DNA from: Phyllobates terribilis
Taxonomy: Eukaryota
Length of the DNA: 64,000 bases
Reading direction: 5' to 3'
NCBI RefSeq assembly: GCF_046119375.1
Contig: NW_027362764.1
Coordinates: 49,910,001 to 49,974,000 of the forward strand
Shown: piece by piece, positions 21,364 to 31,243 of the stretch
Numbering within the stretch: the first letter of the stretch is position 1
Layout: every line of letters begins with the position of its first letter
The notes under the pieces: model-generated
Seen by the model: only the letters and a program-made list of their open reading frames with translations
The model's database searches: none
What the model was told of the DNA's origin: nothing
Program-made: the position numbers and the translations under genes

Positions 21364-24300
21364 TATAATTGGCGTGATAAGTACATTGGGGGGCGCCCGG
21401 TTTTACCCGTGGTGCTGGACGGTATCCCCATGAGCGCCTTGCTGGATACTGGGTCGCAAGTAACCACAATCCCTTATGTACTTTTTAAGCAGTATTGGAC
21501 TGATGCTGATATCACACGGTATCCAGACAGTAACTTGAGCATCATCGCCAGTAATGGCTTACCCGTGCCGCAGATGGGGTTCAAGGAGATGACCATTAAA
21601 ATTGGTAAAGTTGAACTGCCGGCACAGTGAGTGATTATTGTGGACATTGACCGTCATGAAAGTCACCCTAAAATAACTGTGGGTACTAACATCATTGAAA
21701 ATTGTCTTTCAGAAGTAATTGTAATTCTACAACAGGTGGCGGTGAATGCTAGTTCCAGCCAAAAGAGAGTCCTCAACAAGGAGATAAAAGCCCTGATGAG
21801 ACGGCAGCAGGTAGAACTGTCTGGTGGTGAGATCGGTAGCGTAAGACTCAGTGATCCATTCCCCATTTCCATGCCTCCCAAAAGTGAAATGATGATCTGG
21901 TGTCGGACTGCAATCGGGTTGAGAGGTAGAGACTACCAAGCCATGGTAGAACCCGTGTACTCAGACAGCAGGCCCACCATTTTGACAGCCCGGGGGGTGG
22001 TTGATGTCCGTCATGGGAGGGTGCCCGTCCGCATCCTCAACATTGGGGAGAGGGAAGTACACTTACCCAGGTACGCTACACTCGCCAAACTGTTTGTCGT
22101 CGAACACCAAGCTATCAGGGCCGTGGAACCCTTGCCTCCATCTCCACAGGCGGAGGGTAATGGCTCCCAGAAAAAAAAGGAGGACTGGTGCCAGAAACTC
22201 CACGTGGGTGCTGACTCCACTCCCCTGCACCAAAAACAAGGAGTCTACCGGGTGGTACAGGAGTACGAGAGAGTCTTTAGTAAGCACCCGCTAGACTTCG
22301 GCAGAGTAAAGGGGATAGAACACCACATCCCCACCGGGAGCCACCCACCAATAAAAGAGAGGCACAGACCTGTACCCCCTGCACATTATCAGAAAGCCAA
22401 GGGTATGCTAAGGGAGATGAAAGAAGCTGGGGTCATTAGAGACAGCTGTAGCCCCTGGACAGCCCCTTTGGTTCTGGTCAAAAAGAAAGACGGCACCATG
22501 AGAATGTGCGTGGACTATAGACAAATCAACCGTATCACCCACAAAGACGCATATCCGCTGCCTAGAATAGAGGAGTCTTTAGCCGCACTAAAATCTGCTA
22601 ACTTCTTTTCTACTTTGGACCTTACTAGCGGGTACTGGCAGGTTCCTGTGGCAGAGGCTGACAAGGAGAAGACCGCCTTCACCACCCCGATGGGACTGAG
22701 TGAGTTCAACTGTATGCCTTTCGGGCTCTGCAACGCACCAGGGACCTTCCAGCGGCTGATGGAATGCTGTCTAGGGCACCGAAACTTCGAGACGGTCCTC
22801 CTTTACCTGGACGACGTGATCGTCTATTCGAAAACCTACGAGGACCACCTAAAGCACCTGGCCGAGGTGTTCGAAGCCCTGGCAGGCTATGGCCTGAAGG
22901 TAAAACCATCGAAGTGTCACCTGCTGAAACCAAAGGTCCAGTACCTAGGGCACGTGGTAAGCGCGGAAGGAGTGGCCCCCGACCCTGACAAGGTCACGGC
23001 AATCAAGAGCTGGCCAAGCCCCTCGAGCATCAAAGAGGTGAGACAGTTTCTCGGGTTGGTAGGCTACTACCGAAGGTTCATCCCCGGGTTCACTAAGATG
23101 GCAGCTCCTATGCAGGACCTCCTGATCGGACAGTCCAAGTCCAGAAGTCAAAAGCCACCCTTCAAGTGGGATAAACCGGAAGAGGAGTCCTTCCGCCAGC
23201 TAAAGTTGGCCCTCACTGGGGATGAGATCCTGGCCTACCCTGATTACGGCCAGCCTTTCATTCTCCACACAGATGCCAGTAATGTGGGACTGGGAGCCGT
23301 ACTGTCCCAAAACCAACAGGGCAGAGAACGGGTGATCGCATACGCCAGCCGGAAGCTGAGGCCCACCGAGAGGAACCCGGAGAATTACAGCTCCTTCAAG
23401 CTAGAATTCTTGGCGGTGGTGTGGGCCGTGACGGAACGCTTCAAGCATTACCTGGCCTCCGCAAAGTTCACCGTGTACACGGACAACAACCCGTTGACAC
23501 ACCTGGACAATGCAAGACTGGGTGCCCTGGAACAGCGGTGGATGGCCCGTCTCTCCAACTATGACTTCGTGATCAAGTACCGGGCAGGCAAAACCAACGC
23601 CAACGCGGACGCCCTATCAAGGATGCCTCACTTACCTGAAGGTGACGAAGACCCAGAAGAGCTGGAAGAGGTAGAACTACCCGCGTTTCACCGGTATGGA
23701 GCCGCTCAACACTCTCACCGCGTGAAGGAGGAGGATCTAACAACTGTGATGATGAATCCCCTACCTCACCACAGCTGGGCCGAAACCCAAGATAGTGACC
23801 CTGCTGTCCGCCTGGTGAAAGATCTGCTGACCCGGGAAGACGTCCGCCTAGATCCAGATGCCCCAGAGGAAGCCAAGCAGCTATGGAAGGAGAAGAGTAA
23901 GCTGTTCCTCTACGAAGGCAAGTTGTGCAGAAGGATTGTCAACCACCGGACGCACGAGCTGACCTGGCAAGTCGTGGTCCCAAGGCGAGATGCAGCTATG
24001 GTCCTGGGAGCTTACCATGACAGAGCGGGACACTTCGGTTGGAAGAAACTGGAGTTCCTACTAAGAGGAAGGTTCTTTTGGGTCGGCATGAGAGGAGCTG
24101 TGGAAAAATGGTGCAGAGACTGTGGCCCTTGTCACCTAAGGAGGAAGGACCGTACCAGCCAGAAGACACCCTTGAGGCCCATCGTCACCACGCAGCCTCT
24201 TGAGCTGGTAGCTCTGGACCATGTCAAATTGGCTCCCAGCCGGTCAGGATACATCTATGCCCTGACAATCGTGGACCACTATTCCCGTTTTCTAGTGGTG

Positions 24301-25473
24301 GTCCCGGTAAAGGGCTTGACAGCCCAAACAGCGGCCAGAGCCTTCCAGCAATATTTCTGCCGTCCACACGGGTATCCGGAACAGGTCCTGACAGACCAGG
24401 GTCCAGCGTTCGAGGCTGAAATCTTCCAGGAGTTCTGTAACCTCTATGGCTGTAAGAAGATTCGGACAACGCCTTACCACCCCCAAACCAACGGGATGTG
24501 TGAGAAGATGAACAATATAGTCATTGATCTCCTGAAGACGTTGCCCCTGGAGGAACGCAGCCTGTGGCCAGAAAAACTGCCGGACCTGGTAGACATGTAC
24601 AACAATATCCCGGTGAACGCTACAAACTGCACCCCGGCTTACCTGATGCGAGCTAGACCGGGTAAGCTGCCCGTAGACCTGGAGATGGGAGTCCTAATAC
24701 CTGAGGACACCTCCCCGGATGCGGACTGGGATACGGAAAGGCAACTGCAGTACAAGAAGGTACAGGAGAGTGTGGAGAAGAGCCTGGCCCAGGTGAGAGA
24801 GAAGCAAGAAAGACTCTTCAATCAACACGCCCCTGCTAGTCCCCTAGAACCTGGTGAGCAAGTCCTAAAGCGGAAGAGAAGGCTACATAAGTTGGACGAC
24901 CAGTGGGAAAGGGAACCCTACACCGTACTGCAGTCTGACCATGACAACCCAAAGGTGTGCGTAATCACCAAGGATGGAGGAGAAACCACTAGTGTCGTCT
25001 CCAGAGACCACCTCAAAAGGTGCCCCGAGCAACTCCGTAGTGCAGAAGAGGATCAGAGTGACCTTGAACCCGCAGAGGACAAGGAAGAAATGATCAGCAC
25101 CATTCTCGGAGAGTTCCCTCAGTCCTGGACTCGCATAAATGATGCCATAGTGGTACCTGTCCTGCATTTCCTGCAACCGGCACAGCAACAACCAACATCA
25201 GAGCCGGAAGGTGAAGAGGAGCAAGCGGTTCCAGAGGCAGAAGAGCCTGTACCAGCAGCCCAGGAGAGTCAACCCTCTGCTGACAGTGAGCCTGCCATGC
25301 CTGCGGTAAGCCAAAGAACCCGCAGACAGCTGCCTGCCCTACCTGTACACCCAGCTGGTAGCTGTACCCCTAACGCTAGTGGGGAGAGCCAGGTTGGTCC
25401 ACCACCAGACAGTGGGTTAAGGAGGTCAACCAGGAGCACAAAGGGACAGATACCCGCTCGCTGGAGAATATAG
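21304..25473 (+). pseudogene. pol: Pol (protease-RT-RNase H-integrase) with a single in-frame TGA at 21628-21630
   Basis: LLDTGSQ protease, YLDD RT, LHTDAS RNase H, H..GHFG..C..C zinc finger and LDH/LTDQG/E catalytic integrase; otherwise open for ~1390 codons. Confidence 0.93.
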
Positions 25474-25850
25474 AGTGTACTAAATTGTAAATAACCTTGT
25501 TGCCAAATGTTAAAATGTTTGCCAAAGTTACCTGCATGTTTATTAATAGTGTGTTTCAGTTTCTTGCAGCTACCGTAAGGACTCACAGGTTATGGACTTT
25601 TTATAACCGGGACCTTGTATGGACTGCGTTCGGAGCTTAACCCAGGAATGAACTAAGACTGTAAAGGACTTGGGGTAGGACAGACCCCCACCTGGTTAAG
25701 GCTCCCCGTTGTGTTGGTGATATGGACACCCGGTCACAGGCCACACTGTGACCTTAAGAACTCAATTTGTGCGTCGTCTGTCTATTAATGTTTTATTGTT
25801 ATGCATATTGTCTTTGTTTACTGTTTAGTCCCGGAGTACTAAATTTCACT

Positions 25851-25859
25851 AGGGGGGAA
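25851..25859 (+). promoter_or_regulatory. Polypurine tract
   Basis: AGGGGGGAA immediately before the 3' LTR TG. Confidence 0.85.
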
Positions 25860-26894
25860 TGTGTCACCCTACCTGGATGCCACAAGTGTAATTAAAGCTG
25901 TGTCTGAGAGCAAGGGGGAGGTTCTCTGGTCAGGGGAACATTAGCATGCAATGCCTCCTGTCTCAGGCCAGTAGGGGGAGCAGGCTACCCCTATAAAAGC
26001 TGGTACTGGGGACAGGGTTAGGGAGAACTGGATTGCCTGTCTCAGCTTTGAGACGTGTCCCAGAGTGGAGCAGGGACAGAAAGTTGATTGCACCTAAAAG
26101 TAAGTGTGGCAGTAGGAGAGAGCCACCAGCCAGAGACAAGAGGCGAAGAGAGCCTGTCTTGGCAGAGAAAAGACTTAATTTTACCAGACTTTGGTGTCTG
26201 AGGCTGGAAGGATTCCACATCCCCCAGCAGAGAACCAGTTCGCAAGGGACTGTACTTTCCTTGGCCTAAGAAGCCTGGAGGCCCTGCCACAACCGAAGGG
26301 ACCAGTAAAGCCGTACCAGGCTGGGAGCAGAAAGGAACCCACGTCGCAGGCCATACAGGCGAGAAAGCACGAAAAGCTCGGAAACGTGGGCTGTTACTCT
26401 ATAAGGAGGAGATAGCCAGAAGGAGCGCAGAAAGCACGGTAGGCCTACACCCTCACCCTGACCAGGGCCAATTTCCCCGTTGCTCTCAGACATCCAGGTC
26501 CCCTCCTAGCTGGGACTGTTTGTGGGTCAGTTTTCCGTTTAGTAAAGACCCTGAACTGCAACCTGTTGTCTGTGTGCTCCTTGCTCCTCCAGCACTATCA
26601 GCACTGGGACTCTCACTGCCATCACTCCCGCCATCCACTATACTGCCCTGGGGCCGCACTCTTCCCGTGGGGAGTCACATCACCTCAGCTGCACCCATCA
26701 TCAGCCCCAGCGGACTGGCTTGCAGCGGCGGTTCCTAATAACCGCAAATCCACGGGTGGCGTAGTCGGACATAATCAATATAACGGACTACCACTGGCCT
26801 GACCACCCTGAGCCACGGAACCGGGTTGCCACTACTACTCCCATCGTTCCCTATTGCCCGGATCCGAGTGCCCCACGGCCCAGGGGGCGAGTCA
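25860..26894 (+). repeat. 3' LTR (1035 bp)
   Basis: Direct repeat of 18904-19928 with a small insertion near 26100. Confidence 0.95.
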
Positions 26895-27211
26895 TATGAG
26901 CTTTCACATAATCCTCCTATACACAGCAGGAGGCCGCACGGCACCCCCCCCAGTTACAGCCGGGGGCTGCACGGCGCCCCCCCAGATACAGCCGGAGGCC
27001 GCACGGCGCCCCCCCAGATACAGCCGGGGGCCGCACGGCGCCCCCCCCCAGATACAGCAGAGCAGATTCCATCTTCCGACTCCCGGGCCCTCCTGTCACA
27101 CATTATAATGAGGTCAAACCGGCCACAGGCCCCTGGGAGCCCTGGGCTCCATGGCAGCCCTGGGCCCCGGGCGGTAGCCCGGATTGACCTCATTATAATC
27201 CGCCTATGAGG

Positions 27212-27500
27212 CAGAGAGAGAGAGCACAGGGTAGGCAGGGAGAGAGAGCACAGGGTAGGCAGGGAGAGAGAGCACAGGGGAGGCAGGGAGAGAGAGCACA
27301 GGGGAGGCAGGGAGAGAGAGCACAGGGTAGGCAGGGAGAGAGAGCACAGGGTAGGCAGGGAGAGAGAGCACAGGGGAGGCAGCGAGAGAGGGCACAGGGG
27401 AGGCAGGGGGAGAGAGCACAGGGGAGGCAGAGAGAGCACAGGGGAGGCAGGGAGAGAGAGCACAGGGTAGGCAGGGAGAAAGAGCACAGGGGAGGCAGGG
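27212..27500. repeat. Purine-rich 24-bp minisatellite GGAGAGAGAGCACAGGG(G/T)AGGCAG
   Basis: About 12 tandem copies. Confidence 0.92.
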
Positions 27501-27599
27501 AGAAGGGGCCATGCTGGGAGCAGCCGCTCTGCTGGAGCTACAGGCCGGAGCTGGTGGGCAGAGCCTCATCTCCTGCACCTACAGACACTGAGGCATCAT

Positions 27600-28120
27600 C
27601 CCGCCGCTTCCAGCATCTGCCGGTGAACCGATCAGCTGACTGTCAGCTGACCGGCTCGTACATAAACTCATGGGTCGGTATACCGATCAACTGACTAGAC
27701 CGATCAGCTGATTTACAAGCCGGTCAGCTGACAGTCAGCTGATCGGTTTACCGGCAGATGCTGGAAGTGGCGGGACCGAACCGGACGCCTCTCCCATCCA
27801 TCGGATAGGTGAGTATCCATAGTTTCTCCTGCACCTCTGTAAAAAAGCGCTGGAATTACGCAGTGTGTGAACACCGCTGCGCAATTCCATCGCTTATAAT
27901 GGGCACAATATGTGAGAAAGCGCAGGCCGCGGTGCGTAAAGAATTGACATGTCAATTCTTTACGCAGCTGCGCTTTCGCGCTGTGTAAAATCACACAGTG
28001 TCTGAACGGCAAAGTGAATTTCCCATTCACTTTTCTGGCAGACACAAGGCACATTGCGTATTTTGAAAAAGCGCACGCAAAAAAGCGCGCAAAAATACGC
28101 AATGTGTCAACGCAGCCTAA
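27600..28120. mobile_element. Partial PIF/Harbinger-like MITE with central palindrome
   Basis: ~57-bp inverted arms (27601-27657 and ~27718-27775); right end TGTGTCAACGCAGCC-TAA; left end not found. Confidence 0.5.
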
Positions 28121-29338
28121 GTGTGTTGTCCAGAATTAGAGAAACATGCCCGCATTCTTCCCCCAACGCCGGACCACTAATTAATTGTTGTATTGCAGCT
28201 TAGTTTCTTCCACATAAATAATATTTATCCTACGGTTCGAGACTTCATAGTTAGTGCAGCTCTGGATCAGTACAGGGAAAATAATGTAATGTATGTACAA
28301 TGTACACAGTGATTGCACCAGCAGAATAGTGAGTGCAGCTCTGGAGTATAATACACGATGTAACTCAGGATCAGTACAGGATCAGTAATGTAATGTATGT
28401 ATGTACACAGTGACTGCACCAGCAGAATAGTGAGTGCCGCTCTGGAGTATAATACAGGATGTAACTCAGGATCAGTACAGGGTCAGTAATGTAATGTATG
28501 CAGACAGTGACTGCACCAGCAGAATAGTGAGTGCAGCTCTGGAGTACAATACAAGAAGTAACTCAGGATCCGTAGAGGATCAGTAATGTAATGTATGTAC
28601 ACAGAGACTGCACAAGCAGAATAGTGAGTGCAGCTCTGGAGTATAATACAGGAGGTAACTCAGGATCAGTACAGGATAAGTAATGTAATGTATGTACACA
28701 GTGACTGCACCAGCAGAATAGTGAGTGCAGCTCTGGAGTATAGTACAGGAGGTAAATCAGGATCAGTAATGTAATGTATGTACACAGTGACTGCACCAGC
28801 AGAATAGAGAGTGCAGCACTGAAGTATAATACTGGATGTAACTCAGAATCAGTACAGGATCAGTAATGTAATGTATGTACACAGTGACTGTGTGGCGCCC
28901 CTGAGGGTTCAGTCGCCACAGAGGTACTGCACCTCACCCAGAGGTGTGGTGTCTCCTTCTCTCAGGTAAGGAGGGAGTGCTGCCCGGAACCCCAACACCT
29001 GCATCCACCACTACACTGCTCCAGGCCGGCTGGAAGGGCAAGATGAAATGTGTTTTCCTGCTGAGCCCTGTCTCTGGCTGGAGTGGGGGGAACCCAGAGG
29101 TAGGGGGAACCAGTAGTGGGTGAGGGTGGAGGAAGGAGTTTAGGGGAGCACTATAGAGTGAGATATAAAAAGGGAAGCCATCTTAGGGTGGCAGAACAGA
29201 AGAGAGTGTCAGTCAGACAGGGAGCAGAGTCTCTTTAGGAGCTCTGCTCCACAAGTAGTGCCCAGTCCTAGAGGCCCAGGTGGGGAGGAGCAGAGGAGTA
29301 GGCTCCATTCTAAGAAGGGATCCTAGGGGGTACGGCGA

Positions 29339-29653
29339 GTGCTGGACGGCGAGGAAGGACTCGTGGTGAAGTTTGACCTGAAGGCTGGGTGGGGCTTTAT
29401 CAGAGATCCTAACTTTTCAAGGGACATTTTCGTAAACCGGCGGGATGTGGAGCCCGAGCTGGAACAGGGCCATCCCGACCGGAATCTATACCCTGGTCAC
29501 CGAGTCACCTATACACGTCACCACGGGGAGCGCGGTTGGTACGCCCTGCAAGTGTACCCCGTCATCGAGGACGCACCCCCGCAGGACATACCGTATGACC
29601 CGGCTGGGTCAGGTAAAAATCAGCAGTACCCCAGGCGGGGACCCCATTACTAA
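29339..29653 (+). CDS. Cold-shock-domain (OB-fold) ORF, 5'-truncated, inside the LTR element
   Basis: EGLVVKFDLKAGWGFIRD...DIFVNRRDV...RNLYPGHRVTYTRHHGERGWYALQV fits the CSD pattern G.V..F....GWGFI (RNP1), D(I/V)FV(H) (RNP2), L..G..V.(F/Y), G.(K/R)G..A..V. The native start was lost at the deletion junction. Confidence 0.75.
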   Translation: MLDGEEGLVVKFDLKAGWGFIRDPNFSRDIFVNRRDVEPELEQGHPDRNLYPGHRVTYTRHHGERGWYALQVYPVIEDAPPQDIPYDPAGSGKNQQYPRRGPHY

Positions 29654-30174
29654 GCGCAGTAGTTGGGACTAACTGTAAATAGTCACCCGTAAGGGTACCA
29701 CCAGTTGTTTTATGTGTGCCTAATTACCCGTAAGGGTATACAGACTCCAGGCTGGGGACTGTGAACAGCCAAAGACTGACCTTGTAAATAGTTCTGCACT
29801 TCTTAAAGTGCACCCTATTGGTTTTATATTGGCAACCATGACCTCAGAAGAAAAACCCGTTTGGCGTGGCGGAAGACGTGGTCCAACTCCAGGATCGCCT
29901 ATGCCCTGCCGCCACGCCCAGGGCCTACGTTGAGGGTTTGCGGACGGGTCCCTCATGCTGCTACTGTTATACCCTGTTACAGAAATGTTATTAAAAAGTG
30001 CTCTTATAATGTTTGATAAGTATACCCTGTAACGTTAAAGTGAAGTGCCTCCCATAAAGGGAAGAAATGTTTTATTATCTTATATGTGATGCATCTAAAA
30101 ATTTGCATGTCTGTAATGTACCTTGTTTTACTCTGTTCCAGCCGGCGGACGTGCTTTGTTTTACCAGGGGCGAG

Positions 30175-31243
30175 TGTGGCGCCCCTGAGGGTTCAGTCGC
30201 CACAGAAGTACTGCACCTCACCCAGAGGTGTGGTGTCCCCTTCTCTCAGGTAAGGAGGGAGTGCTGCCCGGAACCCCAACACCTGCATCCAACACTACAC
30301 TGCTCCAGGCCGGCTGGAAGGGCAAGATGCAATGTGTTTTCCTGCTGAGCCCTGTCCCTGGCTGGAGTGGGGGGATCCCAGAGGTAGGGGGAAACAGTAG
30401 TGGGTGAGGGTGGAGGAAGCAGTTTAGGGGAGCACTATAGAGTGAGATATAAAAAGGGAAGCCATCTTAGGGTGGCAGAACAGAAGAGAGTGTCAGTCAG
30501 ACAGGGAGCAGAGTCTCTTTAGGAGCTCTGCTCCACAAGTAGGGCCCAGTCCTAGAGGCCCAGGAGGGGAGCAGAGGAGTAGGCTCCGATCTACAGAAGG
30601 GATCCTAGGGGGTACGGCGAGTGCAGGACGGCACCCGTACACCCCGCATCTGTCGGAAGACAGAGGGATCGTAGGCCGCAAGAAGGGGACCTGCCCCTGG
30701 TCCAGCCGTGCTACTCTACGTCTCGGCTGGGAAAACCGGAGGCTTCTGGCTTCTATAGTCAGTTGCTGAAGCCCCATTCTGATCCCCGTAAGGGTCAAGC
30801 AGGTCCGGGAACTCCGACGAGACAGGAGGGACTTGAGAGCACCCGAGCGGGATTGAGAGTGGGAAGCTCAGGGCAGGAGGGAGAAAGACCCAGCGAGAAG
30901 ATGGTCTAGTTAGGAACACAAGAAAGTGGGGTTCTGTCAGGTACTCCTGATCTGCCTGAGGAAGTGCTGAACCCTTGCCTGGTGAACGCAGTGCGACGTG
31001 GGAGGCCGACAACTGTACAGTGCACCAGTGGAACTGTCATAAGAACTGTGAGTGAAAACTCGGATGACTGCACCGCACTGCCTCCGTCCCTTCTTTCATC
31101 TGCACCATCTCTCCCTCACGGCACTACAACGCCCAGCGCAACCTTCAACCTGGGTCATGGACCGGGCCAGCCATCGTGATATCCCCCATACCAGCATCCA
31201 GAGGCCCAGCTGCCGAGTACCCCACGGCCCAGGGGGTGCGTCA
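30175..31243 (+). repeat. 3' LTR (1069 bp)
   Basis: TGTGGCGCCCC...GGGGGTGCGTCA; TATAAAAA near 30448; preceded by PPT. Confidence 0.9.

Larger units (their letters stand above)
18904..26894 (+). mobile_element. Full-length Ty3/Gypsy LTR retrotransposon (~8.0 kb)
   Basis: Two LTRs, 4-bp TSD TATG (18900-18903, 26895-26898), PBS, PPT, gag and PR-RT-RH-IN pol order. Confidence 0.97.
18661..27208. mobile_element. Possible short hAT-like non-autonomous element (18661-18903 plus 26899-27208) that hosts the Gypsy insertion
   Basis: Imperfect TIRs CAGGGGTGGATTAA / ATAATCCGCCTATG; subterminal hairpin arms near 27100-27122 and 27179-27198; no TSD found. Confidence 0.3.
28891..31243 (+). mobile_element. 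Internally deleted LTR retrotransposon (half 5' LTR, 3' internal segment, PPT, 3' LTR)
   Basis: 4-bp TSD ACTG (28887-28890, 31244-31247); 28891-29350 matches the start of LTR 30175-31243; AGGGGCGAG PPT at 30166-30174. Confidence 0.9.

Noticed and set aside
21628-21630. Programmed stop-codon readthrough in pol
   Set aside because: A -1 frameshift signal already explains Gag-Pol expression, and the TGA interrupts the protease domain; a nonsense mutation or base-call error is simpler.
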